From NCBI GenBank assembly GCA_963808625.1, contig CAWEHK010000008.1, forward strand, positions 206,752 to 270,751: a stretch of 64,000 bases of DNA, given 5' to 3'. The notes beneath the pieces are model-generated. The model was not told where the DNA came from. It did no database searches and worked only from the letters and a program-made list of their open reading frames with translations. The DNA is from an uncultured delta proteobacterium. Its GTDB lineage: Bacteria; Desulfobacterota; Syntrophobacteria; Syntrophobacterales; Syntrophobacteraceae. Each line of letters opens with the position of its first letter. The first letter of the stretch is position 1. The translations under genes and the position numbers were made by a program. Shown in pieces: positions 36,901 to 44,805 of the stretch.

Positions 36901-37208
36901 CTTGGTTCTGTGGCAACAGCTTTGGCCTCGAATACACGAACCCGGTTGGTTGGCTCGATCCCAATCCCTGGAACTTGAAGGATGTCCACGGGAACGTATT
37001 GGAAATGTGTTGGGATTTTTACGATGCCAACTATCCCACCGGGACGGTTGCGGACTACCATGGCCCAGCCACCGGACTCGAGCGCGTCATTCGCGGCGGC
37101 AGCTGGTCCTTCGAGCCCAGGTACTGCCGGTCGGCGTTCCGCTTGCACATCCCGATCGGGAACCGTTATTACAACGTCGGCTTCCGCCTGGTGCGCAAAG
37201 CCGACTGA
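30963..37208 (+). CDS. 2081-aa secreted/surface protein: PPC-like, vWA, 14x40-aa repeats, 5xFN3, C-terminal FGE-sulfatase (CLec) domain
   Basis: Signal-like N-terminus; MIDAS DVSGS/GGTN/FTDG; FN3 PTNL...W.D.S..E.GF.IERK five times; RLPTEGEWEY, GNVLEMC, RGGSW and GFRL. Confidence 0.9.
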   Translation: MKRSKALNLSVSRLVVRSVFIIGVLLCACLVWSAPWAATDVDTGSVEGRLFDGVVTGGGSLTPVLQAAAATGEEESGDRGYLSEQADTSWLMAGATDLEGGAILIGQRIAGAIDDSGDADVFHFQGVAGESVKIEVNSLSGGLDPAVTLFWETGSAKAAASLGADKLEVPPAQAEEIPGVYSISFAKLAAQAKVFVEITSPSDGATVPIAANPANIQVSGKAGVTGSGTPTNLEVAIVLDVSGSVDGTEFNLELAGARAILDALDPDKDGMLSSPVAIIQFSDGAVITAALSRSRSQVEAGFTRQYSGGTNFDPAFTKALEALAPSSTTDGVAEVVLFFTDGYGSYTPPGQSGPLDQFKPNGIVVNTFGIGSSVDANSLTTIAQATDGTYTAIPDFADISKVVSSLPGLVGLSSVKIDTNNDGIGDIDAAVGIDGSWTATVPIHLGPNKLTAIATATDAGLTPATASITVYGQLSRQGEIIHDDNSGGGGNALIKVFKLPYTGKYRIVVAASGSASSGDYELVLSPVDKDSNAGVYSHSTGLVLFSTSRDNHAIFTTGQPDTAFLGFSPDGESAAYSHSTGLVVASTRTDNHAIFTTGQPDATFLGFSPDGASVAYSHSTGLVVASTRMDNHAIFTTGQPNATFLGFSPDGASAAYSHSTGLVVASTRTDNHAIFTTGQPNATFLGFSPDGASAAYSHSTGLVVASTRTDNHAIFTTGQPNAAFLGFSPDSASAAYSHSTGLVVASTKTDNHAIFTTGQPNATFLGFSPDGASAVYSHSTGLAVASTRTDNHAIFTTGQPNAAFLGFSPDSASVVYSHSTGLVVASTRTDNHAIFTTGQPNAAFIGFSPEGASAVYSHSTGLVVASTKTDNHAIFTTGQPNATFLGFSPDGASAVYSHSTGLAVASTKTDNHAIFTTGQPNATFLGFSPDGASAAYSHSTGLAVASTRTDNHAIFTTGQPNAIFLGFSPEGASAAYSHSTGLAVASTKTDNHAIFTTGQPNAAFLGFSPDGTAAAYSHSTGLVVLSTQVDNHAILTTGQPSATFLGFSLDADSGVYSHATGLVLFSTQLDDHAILTTGQPNAAFLGFSFDRTHGTSPNGPDDNCLKAALITNLPFTQSSDTAAATASQDDPTQSCAWTDDHFSSVWYKYTSSKNGILRADTDGSGYDTILTVYSGACGGLTEVACDDDGGIGLQSKIQFPVTAGTTYYFLTTGFDEGGGTLVFNLNWAPSVTVLTPNGGEVWSVGSVKTISWDTIGKVDRVSLEYSTNSGYTWKVIATDIENTGSQPWTIPNNPSTACVVRVYEAYSGDPMDFGDGLFTITLAPDSPTNLQLTVISPTQIDLAWQDNSANETGFRIERKSGPTGTWTYVNSLGPNKTAYQSKGLKPGTTYYYRLRSYNTDGKSGYSNEAFATTLTVGPTAPTNLTAAAASSTAVNLAWQDNSSNETGFRIERKTVPPNKWEEIATVGAGVTAYKNTGLITNTRYYYRVRAYNASGNSSYSNSADATPPSVPVPPSNLKAIAVSKTGINLHWVDKSGKEDGFKIERKTGQGGAYARIATVPANTTDYQDTGLTPGTTYYYRLRAYNVGGNSGPSNEASATTQGAPVAPTKLTAAVASGTSVNLAWQDNSDDENGFKIERKPSGGAYAEIATVGANVAAYTDTGLTSNIKYFYRVRAFNAYGNSAYSNAADATPPSVPVAPANLTATVVSDTQVDLSWTDKSSKEDGFKIERKTGAGGTFVQIATVAANTTTYQDTGLGKGIAYFYRVRAYNVAGNSGYSNVASATPGGEAGELYAVDKIVGNMRFTPATGPGGFKQGSEATEFCKRSDEKPFQHELTANLAVMETEVTRQMWEDLQAVRSSLPNDPSYLAVSTGMSDPVQSSTWNEAFLFANLLSIENGFTRAYYANSGFTVPITASNYTTTSAIYCDFSANGYRLPTEGEWEYFTRAGTKTAFSIDEPNYDGSTCASCTVDDLPSLQTVAWFCGNSFGLEYTNPVGWLDPNPWNLKDVHGNVLEMCWDFYDANYPTGTVADYHGPATGLERVIRGGSWSFEPRYCRSAFRLHIPIGNRYYNVGFRLVRKAD
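32562..34241 (+). repeat. 14 tandem 120-bp coding repeats
   Basis: Unit YSHSTGLVVASTRTDNHAIFTTGQPNATFLGFSPDGASA(A), counted 14 times at exact 120-bp period. Confidence 0.97.
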
Positions 37209-37375
37209 GGACCCAGCCCGGGGACCGGCCTTTTCGAGGTCGCTCCCCCCATCAAAGAGGATAACCGCACTGGGCACAGGATGGGCACGTCTTTTTGTGC
37301 CCACGGGGGAACTGCGCAGGAATTTACACCGATATGCACTGGTGGTTAGAGGAGTTCGGCTCGGGTAGTTGCCCA

Positions 37376-38162
37376 TCAGGACAATGCGACCAGAAAGCCC
37401 GGTTCCTGGCAGGCAGTCCGAGGTTGCGACGGCGATTGCATCCTCGTCGTAGACCTCCTTAACCACGACGCTGCCGACGGGGACCCCTGTCTTATCGAGA
37501 AGCGTCAGCACACTGCCGGTGCGCACCCCTTGCCTGGTTCCAAGGGCGAAGGATACTTCATATTCGTCGTCCTTTCTGCTGATGCGATAGATTTCTGCTT
37601 TGCCCTCCTGCCTGAGGAGTTGCTCCCTTCGCTGTGAACACAGGTAGACTATGCCGGAGAATACTATTGCCAGGGGAAAGAAGAGGGCTGCGGACCACCA
37701 GGGCGAAATGCCCGTATAGCGCTGAATGATGGATGCAGAGCTTCTCTGCAGACTGGCTGTACTACCAAAGATCCGAACGCGGAATACCGTGAGTGGTTTC
37801 CCGGATGGTTCGCTTCTGCTGCTCACGGTAACCGTGTAGTCCCCAGCCGTGATCTCGGTGCTCGTCGTCAACTCTCCTCGCCACATGAGGCCCCCGAGCC
37901 AGAACCCGGTATGGATTTTCTCGAAGGAGAGGCGGATCTGGTCGGAGTCACTGGCATATTTCAAATCCTGAGGGTCGCGGACGCCTTCGCTTGCCGGTCC
38001 ATTTACCGGTATGGATTCTCCGGGGAGGAGCCGCAGTTCGTTGACGTCCTGCCCGAAACGAGAGCTCAGACCGTCAAGGGCGGAAACACAAAACAGCAGA
38101 CAGCAAAGGGCTGCCACTCTTCCCGCTGACTGCCGCCAACGGTTGATGTGATCAAGGGTCAT
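37376..38162 (-). CDS. Hypothetical membrane-anchored protein (frameshift near the 3' end)
   Basis: Last gene of the TauE operon. Removing one base near 37405 gives DCLPEPGFLVALS* at 37376 instead of running into the opposing gene. Confidence 0.65.
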
Positions 38163-38192
38163 GAAGAAAACACCATAGGCTTCGCGAAGGGG

Positions 38193-38409
38193 CTAAACAT
38201 TTGTCTTCGGCTCCGGTTCTTTCGAACGCAACCCCTTGATAACAAATCGTGCCAGAATCAGCGTCGGAATAAGCAAGGAAAAAAACATCAGGAAAAAGAT
38301 TGAGGCAAAGTCTCCAGGATTCTGGTTGGCAAAATAGATGCTGATAGCCAAGCTCAACCAGGACCGCAACATCCAAAACCGCTACCCCAACTTTTTGCCG
38401 AAAGTTCAT
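38193..38409 (-). CDS. Small two-TM membrane protein (frameshift near 38345)
   Basis: Corrected reading MNFRQKVGVAVLDVAVLVELG...FFLMFFSLLIPTLILARFVIKGLRSKEPEPKTNV*; GGGGAG RBS. Confidence 0.6.
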
Positions 38410-38463
38410 GCTCCCCTGGTTGCAGTCTCTTCAAGCCGATTGTAATCGTCGAAAAATAAAAAC

Positions 38464-38511
38464 GGAGAATCGCCCCCGGTCATTGGTTGTCAATCGCCGG
38501 GAGCGATTCTC
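38464..38511. terminator. Strong intergenic hairpin (terminator or stabiliser)
   Basis: GGAGAATCGC...GCGATTCTCC stem with inner CCCGG/CCGGG and ATTG/CAAT pairs; A-run on the left would be a U-tract on the minus strand. Confidence 0.6.
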
Positions 38512-38545
38512 CTCAACCAGCCGTAACTCTGTGCCTGTCTTGCCC

Positions 38546-39160
38546 CTATTTCTTGTAGATATCCGTCGTGGTGACGTTCATGCACCGTTGGGCCACACCT
38601 TCCTTATGATAATAAACCCGGATCTCGTCTCCGGCATCCCAGGTGCTGTCGGGAAGGGCAAAATATTCGTCCGGAAGCGAGAAGGTGACCAGGACCTTCT
38701 GTCGGCCGGAGTAAATGGTGATGGTCTTCTTTTCCTTGTCCACCGCCGGGAATTTCTTGGCCTTCTTCTCAGCCGCGTCATAGACCAGCGGATCAATCTT
38801 CTCCACGTTTTCTTTCTGGTCGATCAGGGTGTAGTCGAGGGTTTTGAAATTCTGTGCAGCCGGATCATAAATCACAATCTGCTTGGCCTTGGTATCCAGC
38901 TTCATACGGCCGCCGGGTTTCGGTTCCTGGCCCATTTCCATGGGATCTTTGGGCAGGGCGTAGGTCATGGGCGGCAGATGAGTGTAGTCCGGGTTTTTCG
39001 AATCATTGGCAGTGTCCCGGATGATCGTGGCCGTCCACTTCTCCTTATCGAATTTGACCACCCGACCCTGGTCCACCTTTCCATATTCGCCACAACTCAC
39101 CACCAGGGCCAGTGGCAGAATGATCAAAAGCGTCATCAACCAGTTGCGTTTCATTGCCAT
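38546..39160 (-). CDS. Lipoprotein, DUF4881-like
   Basis: Lipobox LVVSC followed by GEYGKVDQGRVV; in the DVU0150/TauE operon. Family name is from recall. Confidence 0.7.
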   Translation of the reverse strand: MAMKRNWLMTLLIILPLALVVSCGEYGKVDQGRVVKFDKEKWTATIIRDTANDSKNPDYTHLPPMTYALPKDPMEMGQEPKPGGRMKLDTKAKQIVIYDPAAQNFKTLDYTLIDQKENVEKIDPLVYDAAEKKAKKFPAVDKEKKTITIYSGRQKVLVTFSLPDEYFALPDSTWDAGDEIRVYYHKEGVAQRCMNVTTTDIYKK

Positions 39161-39215
39161 ATTACTCTCCCTCTCTTTCGAAGTCCAACTCTCGGAACTT
39201 TCCGCTCGGACACCA

Positions 39216-40277
39216 TTAGCTTCCCATAGCTGCTTTCTTGCGCCGTACTTCCTCTGCCGCTCCCTGAAACATCTTGACGGAGATATAGACCGACAGGGCA
39301 GCGACAACCCCCAGCACGACCACGGTGGCGAGGGTATCGCAAATGGCCTGGACGGAAGGAACGTACATGGGAATGATTTTCAAAATGACCGAAATGGTAC
39401 AGCCCACCACGGCACAGCCAAACGCAACGCGAATGCCGTAGCCCTTGATGTATTTGGTGGCGACCGCGCCAATCTGAGCTCCCATGGACGCCCCCACCAG
39501 CATGATGATGGCCGCAACGAGTTCGACCCGGCCCTTGTAGGTATAGGTAGCCGCGCCGTAGAGGCCCGAGATCATGACTTCAAAGAGGTCGGTGCCCACC
39601 GCGACGTGGGTCGGACAGCCAAGGATATAGATCAAAGCGGGCATCCGGATGAGACCACCGCCGATGCCAAGGATACCAGCGAGCCAACCCGTGAGGAAGC
39701 TCACCATGATGGGCAGCCAGGCCGAACAATAGATGCCGGCCACGTGGAGATGCACCATGGGAGGGATCTTGATTTTGTGAAAGGTCTTGTGCCATTCGAG
39801 ACCCGTAGCCAGGGCATCCAGTTCCTCGCCCGCGGCCGCGGCTTCTCTTTCCTTCTTTCTTCGCTTGGCTATATCGCTGAAGACCATCCAGGTGATGAGA
39901 AGGAGCAGCAGGACGTAAAGCCAGCGGACAATCATATCCACCTGGCCGATGCGTTCCAGCCACATGATCATCTGGGCGCCGACTTCAAAACCGATGACCG
40001 TGCCGACCAGCATGATCAGGCCGAGCTTGTAGTCCACGTTCCCGAACTTGCCGTGGCGCATGGTGGAGATGAGGGATTTCCCGGCCATGTGCGCAATGTC
40101 CGTGCCAATGGCAAAAGCCATGGGAAAACCGAGGATGTTCAGGCCGGGAGTCACCATCCAGGCACCGCCCATACCAAAGAAACCGCCAATGATGCCCACG
40201 CCGATTCCCAGAATGATCAAACCTGGCCAGAATATATGGACACCCGCAATGGGCATGAGAACATAAAGCCAATCCAT
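39216..40277 (-). CDS. TauE/SafE (TSUP) family membrane transporter
   Basis: GIIGGFFGMGG, AIGTDIAH, GILGIGGG, HVAVGTDL; paralogue of 16559..17626. Confidence 0.88.
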   Translation of the reverse strand: MDWLYVLMPIAGVHIFWPGLIILGIGVGIIGGFFGMGGAWMVTPGLNILGFPMAFAIGTDIAHMAGKSLISTMRHGKFGNVDYKLGLIMLVGTVIGFEVGAQMIMWLERIGQVDMIVRWLYVLLLLLITWMVFSDIAKRRKKEREAAAAGEELDALATGLEWHKTFHKIKIPPMVHLHVAGIYCSAWLPIMVSFLTGWLAGILGIGGGLIRMPALIYILGCPTHVAVGTDLFEVMISGLYGAATYTYKGRVELVAAIIMLVGASMGAQIGAVATKYIKGYGIRVAFGCAVVGCTISVILKIIPMYVPSVQAICDTLATVVVLGVVAALSVYISVKMFQGAAEEVRRKKAAMGS

Positions 40278-40329
40278 AAAAATACCTCCTGTTTTGGGTT
40301 GGGGTGGCGATTGCCGTCAACAATCGCCA

Positions 40330-40629
40330 TTAGTGTTCCGCGAGGTCCCGCGACTTCAGATCAATGCCGATGTGGGACATGACGATATCGGCCAGCGTCC
40401 CGAAGATTACCCCAATCAAAGGGATCAGAATGATGGTCACGATCGTGAAATAGACATGGCTTTCATTGTACAGATCGCCCCACCAGGCCATCAGGCCGCT
40501 GAGCTTGCGCGTGTCGGCGACAATGACCACCGGTGCCGCGCCGCCCCCACCGGCTGCCAGCACCATCCCGGGCAACAGGAGAGAGACCAGGGTCCCCAGT
40601 CCAAGAAGTTTTGTCCATAATCTCCGCAT
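40330..40629 (-). CDS. DVU0150-family small membrane protein
   Basis: Signal peptide, AAGGGGAAPVVIVADTRKL, TM helix, GIDLKSRDLAEH end. Confidence 0.75.
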   Translation of the reverse strand: MRRLWTKLLGLGTLVSLLLPGMVLAAGGGGAAPVVIVADTRKLSGLMAWWGDLYNESHVYFTIVTIILIPLIGVIFGTLADIVMSHIGIDLKSRDLAEH

Positions 40630-40760
40630 GTTTGATAACCTCCCTTTGCTAAAATTCTAAATCGGAACGCAGCCTCAAGCCTCGTAGCAAATTATTTCTT
40701 CGGAAAGCAAGCCGCCCGGAACCATCTTCCTCCAGGATTCTTCCCGACGTCCCGCTCCCT

Positions 40761-41174
40761 TCACCTGATCACGGCAACCGAACAAGGGGCACTGGCGACG
40801 ACCTTTGCCGCCGTACTGCCGATCAACAACCTCTTCAAGCCGCTGTGCCCGGTGCTTCCCATCAGGACAAGATCGAACTTTCCCTCTTCCGCCTTGCTGA
40901 TAATATTGTTGGCGGGTACATAGCCCGCTTCGAGGATGGTCTCGACCTTGATGCCCTTCTCGTCAAAGAGCGCTTTCGCTTTCTTCAAGGCATCGGCAGC
41001 TTGAGCTTCCAGTTTTTCCTGGATGTTCAAGGGAATCTCATCGAGGTCTTCCCTTGAAAAGAAGGCGACGGAAATCAGGGTGATCTCATCACCCTCCCTT
41101 TCCGCCAACTCTATCGCCCTCCTCACGGCCTTCAGGGAATGCTCCGACCCGTCCGTTGCGACAAGAATCTTCAT
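40761..41174 (-). CDS. Universal stress protein
   Basis: KILVATDGS, DLVLMGSTG, IGSTAAKV, PCSVAV. Confidence 0.92.
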   Translation of the reverse strand: MKILVATDGSEHSLKAVRRAIELAEREGDEITLISVAFFSREDLDEIPLNIQEKLEAQAADALKKAKALFDEKGIKVETILEAGYVPANNIISKAEEGKFDLVLMGSTGHSGLKRLLIGSTAAKVVASAPCSVAVIR

Positions 41175-41432
41175 AAAAACCTCCCTTCCTCTTTTAAGTG
41201 GCTACAAACGTGGCGCCTCTCTTCAGGTTTGAGAGAAGATCTCCACCCTCACAATCTCCAAGTTCCTTTCATTTCAGGGTAAGGCCGGTCGCTCCCGGAA
41301 GTTTCTTCAAAGAGACCCGGACCACTTCCTGCAGTTGGTCGAAAACGGTCGTTTCACGTGAGGAGAGGAGCAGTATCGGAGGATGAATTCGTCGTTTAAC
41401 AGTCACTCGATGGTCAACCGGTTATGGCTTTG

Positions 41433-41448
41433 AGCAATATTTATACCA
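41433..41448 (-). promoter_or_regulatory. Putative sigma-54 (-24/-12) promoter of the USP-DVU0150-TauE operon
   Basis: Minus strand TGGTATAAATATTGCT fits TGGYAY-N5-TTGCW. Confidence 0.7.
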
Positions 41449-41545
41449 TACCATTGATACGATGCTCTGCCACGAAATTGCGAGCCTCGGCGGCCTGATC
41501 AATCCCTTCCTCAAGAGGCAACAGTGAAACTTCCAGGCGACAGGT

Positions 41546-41566
41546 GTGTCATGCGCCGGGTGACAC
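41546..41566. promoter_or_regulatory. Palindromic candidate upstream activator site
   Basis: GTGTCA-N9-TGACAC about 100 bp upstream of the sigma-54 motif. Confidence 0.45.
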
Positions 41567-41568
41567 TC

Positions 41569-41964
41569 TCACAGGATGGAAGCCTGGGCCATGGGGAAAA
41601 ATTCTTCGATTTTCTTTCTGATTGACTCCACTTTGATGGGTTTGAAGATATGGCCCTGGGCCCCCAGGGTGAAGGCCTCACCGAGATGTTCCTTTTGGTG
41701 AAGGAAGGCGTTCACTACGACAACCACCTCCGGGAACCGCCTTTTGATCTTTTTGAGAAGCTTGAAATCACTCTCCCTGGCAATGCTCAAGTCGATCAGC
41801 GTGAGGACGAAGGGGATATCCTGAAGGAGGTCGAAAGCCTCCTCTTCTCCCGCCGCCAGGTAACACTTGCAGTCCCGGCGAACCTCAATGGCGCGCGCGA
41901 ACAATTCACTCACATCGCGATCCGCCTCCAGGATGAGAATGTTCTTGCGGTTTGGTTCGGTCAT
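41569..41964 (-). CDS. Atypical single-domain response regulator
   Basis: ILILEAD acidic pocket variant, LIDLS, IFKP; start uncertain. Confidence 0.75.
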   Translation of the reverse strand: MTEPNRKNILILEADRDVSELFARAIEVRRDCKCYLAAGEEEAFDLLQDIPFVLTLIDLSIARESDFKLLKKIKRRFPEVVVVVNAFLHQKEHLGEAFTLGAQGHIFKPIKVESIRKKIEEFFPMAQASIL

Positions 41965-42151
41965 GCTGAGAACGCTTTCCGCTCCCGGGAGAAGAGCCAG
42001 GCTCAAGTGGGCCGAAGACTCGTTGCATGGTTGTCAGCGCATCAACGGCAAATATCGGCGAATTCCTTATCGGGGAAGAACAATATCAATTACTGTGCCA
42101 GACTAAGCCGGCATCTGAAATAGGGGCGCAGGGCAGACACTGAGGCAAACC

Positions 42152-42300
42152 GATATCGAACATCGAACCGCACAGGGTGAAGGATCGAACCGCAGAATAT
42201 CGAACCGCAGAAAGTCGAAGGGTGCGCCTGTTCACAGTTTGAAGTTCGTCTTCCCACCCCTTCGATATTCGTGATTCGATTTTCGTTATTCGGTATTCGC
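42152..42300. repeat. Opposed TCGAA/TTCG short-unit arrays
   Basis: ATCGAACCGCAGAA units facing (TATTCG)-type heptamers that overlap the kinase stop codon. Confidence 0.7.
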
Positions 42301-44514
42301 TTTTTGTAGAGGTATCCGAAGGGTGAATGTAGTACCGGAAGCCCCCGGTCGGTCGGCCTCGGTGTGACTTTCACACTCTATCGTCCCGCCATACTGAGTG
42401 ACAATGCCATAGCTCACGGAAAGGCCCAGGCCCGTGCCTTCTCCCACCTTCTTCGTGGTGAAGAAGGGATCGAAGATCCGGGGCAGGAATTCCTTCTCGA
42501 TGCCGCAACCGGTGTCCGAAACCAGCACCTCGGCCCAACCGGCTTCTCCTTCGCAGCGGGTCGATACGTTAAGCACCCCCTTGCCGTTCATCGCATGAAG
42601 CGCGTTGCTGATGAGGTTCAACAGCACCTGCTGCAGGCCTTTGGAATCAATGCCGGCAATTCCCACTCCCTCTTCGAGGTTGGCAATCAGTTTGATATTG
42701 TTCATGCTAAGGGTGTGCTTGACGACGGCAAGGATGGCCTCAACACTGGCGTTCACGTTGCAGTACGCTTCGGTCTCTTCGCTGATCCTGGCAAAGTTGA
42801 GCAGCCTCTCGATGATGCTCTTGCAGTGCAATCCATGCCGTTCGATGGTCTTCAGATCGTTATACTCCATGGTGCCCGGCGCCATTCTCTCCAGCAGCAG
42901 CTCACAAAACCCCATCATGATCCCGAGAGGGTTGTTGATCTCATGCGCCACGCCCGAAGCCAGGGTCCCCAGGGACGCCAGTTTCTCCGTGTTGATCAGT
43001 TGTTTTTCGAGGCTTTTTCGCTCCGTTACGTCGCGCCCTATGGCAAGAACGTAATCCTCACCACTGCCTTCATCCCTTACCGGAAGGAATTGGAGATGAA
43101 ACCAGAATTCCTGGTTATGAATCTTGAAGATGGTTTCAGTCCGCTGGCTGATCCCGGACCGCAGCACCTCGTTGACAATGCGCAACTGATCTTCCGTTTG
43201 ATCCAGCGAAAGCAGGCAGTAGAGGCTTTGACCGGCCAGTTCGTCCATGTTGACGCCAAAGAGCTTGGACATGTATTGGTTCATGGATTTGATGATGCCG
43301 TCGCCATCGAGAGTGAAGATGAGCTCCTCGGCATTTTCCGCCAGTGCGCTGAACCTTGCCTCCGAGGTTTTCAGATCTTTTGCCTGCCGGTGAAGATCAT
43401 CGACTTTCGCGCTCACCTCCTGTTCAAGGGCATTTGCCCAACGCCATTCATAAAGCACCCCGACGAACCCCCCCAGGAGGATAAGGAGGAGCACCAGGCC
43501 TTCGAGGAAAACCTGCCGCCCGTAGACGGTCGTGATAATCCCCTCAACCTCGTCGGCAGGGGCAACGACGGCCACCGACCAGACATAGTCCATAAAGGGT
43601 CCCTGGATACGGACTGGAGCAAAAGCAATCAGTTTTTCCATCGGTTCGATCAGCTCGCGATGCCAGCCCGACAGGTACTTGCCGGTGCCTTCCCGGCCTT
43701 TCATCATCTCATTGCGCTGGATGTCATTGATTTGGGCAAAAGACATTTGCGCATTGCGAATGGTGCGTATTTCAAAGGCGTTTTCCGCGATAAAACCGCT
43801 TTCCGGATGGTAAAGAAAGGTGCCGGAGGAGTCCATGACCCAGGCATAACCGCTCCTGCCCGACCGGATCAGGGGCACAATCTGGGCGAGAAGCCGGCTG
43901 ACATCGATGGTGGCTTTCAGATACCCGGCAAAGCCGTGAGACGGTTGCGGATGCAAACTGCTGATTGCTTCTTCGTAGGTCGGAATGATGAGATCCATAA
44001 CGAGATGTTTGCGGTCGATGGTGGGATCTTTTGAGCGAATGCCGGTCCCCATGGTCTTTCCCCGATTGCTGAGATCGGAAGCCCAGGACAGATACACACC
44101 GGCCTCACTCTGGACCAGGTCCAGATGTTTCATGCCAATTCCCTGCTCGTTGGCGACGAAGAGCGTATGGCCATTGCGGTCGACCCGCCGGATTTCAATG
44201 ATATTGTCTCGATTCAGCAGGGGAAGGGTCGAGAGAAGGAGTACTTCATAGGAATTGGGATCACCATATTGGACCGCCGGCAGCGAGTTCAGCAGGATCA
44301 GATCCGTAATTGCCGCCTGCAGGTTGGCTTCGATCCGCTGCGCCGTTGCCCTTGCCAGGACCAGTTGTTCGGCATTGAACTGGTCTTCGATAATTACCCG
44401 CATTTGCCGGACCGTCGAAAACCCCAGATAGCAGGTCCCGGCAATCAGCAGGACCGCTAGAACGCATATTATCTTGAATCTCTTGAGAAGTTTTTGCCGT
44501 TCTCTGGCGATCAT
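42286..44514 (-). CDS. Membrane Cache-PAS histidine kinase
   Basis: Two TM helices, [28 protein letters not shown]. Confidence 0.92.
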   Translation of the reverse strand: MIARERQKLLKRFKIICVLAVLLIAGTCYLGFSTVRQMRVIIEDQFNAEQLVLARATAQRIEANLQAAITDLILLNSLPAVQYGDPNSYEVLLLSTLPLLNRDNIIEIRRVDRNGHTLFVANEQGIGMKHLDLVQSEAGVYLSWASDLSNRGKTMGTGIRSKDPTIDRKHLVMDLIIPTYEEAISSLHPQPSHGFAGYLKATIDVSRLLAQIVPLIRSGRSGYAWVMDSSGTFLYHPESGFIAENAFEIRTIRNAQMSFAQINDIQRNEMMKGREGTGKYLSGWHRELIEPMEKLIAFAPVRIQGPFMDYVWSVAVVAPADEVEGIITTVYGRQVFLEGLVLLLILLGGFVGVLYEWRWANALEQEVSAKVDDLHRQAKDLKTSEARFSALAENAEELIFTLDGDGIIKSMNQYMSKLFGVNMDELAGQSLYCLLSLDQTEDQLRIVNEVLRSGISQRTETIFKIHNQEFWFHLQFLPVRDEGSGEDYVLAIGRDVTERKSLEKQLINTEKLASLGTLASGVAHEINNPLGIMMGFCELLLERMAPGTMEYNDLKTIERHGLHCKSIIERLLNFARISEETEAYCNVNASVEAILAVVKHTLSMNNIKLIANLEEGVGIAGIDSKGLQQVLLNLISNALHAMNGKGVLNVSTRCEGEAGWAEVLVSDTGCGIEKEFLPRIFDPFFTTKKVGEGTGLGLSVSYGIVTQYGGTIECESHTEADRPGASGTTFTLRIPLQKANTE

Positions 44515-44679
44515 TTTTTGTTTTCCTCTGCTTCGAAGAGTTGCGCGTTCGCGAGTTGCGGGTCAAGAAAGCAACGTGGCCTTTTCATGTGTTTTCGGGT
44601 GTCCCGAAGGGGCATAAAGAGCTGCTACCGAAAGCGCCTGGCGTGGGGTGAAACTTTCAGGTGACATTCTCATTGACTT

Positions 44680-44779
44680 GCCCCTCACATCGTGGTCAGA
44701 ATAGCCGACATGAATTGGTTGATGGTTGATAGTTGATGGTTGAAGCCCCTCACGTCGTGGTCAGAATAGCCGACATGAA
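44680..44779 (+). repeat. 35-bp direct repeat around a 30-bp (TTGATGG)n array
   Basis: GCCCCTCACRTCGTGGTCAGAATAGCCGACATGAA at 44680-44714 and 44745-44779, one mismatch. Confidence 0.92.
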
Positions 44780-44805
44780 CCGTGATTCCAACAAGGGAGG
44801 CAGAG

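Noticed and set aside
30963..37208. Complete diversity-generating retroelement
   Set aside because: No reverse transcriptase, accessory gene or template repeat found in the window.
36537..37375. Long overlap of the 541-aa minus ORF with the surface protein gene
   Set aside because: A single indel near 37405 explains the read-through.
44680..44779. Mini CRISPR array (35-bp repeat, 30-bp spacer)
   Set aside because: Only two repeats, the spacer is a low-complexity heptamer array, and no cas genes are present.
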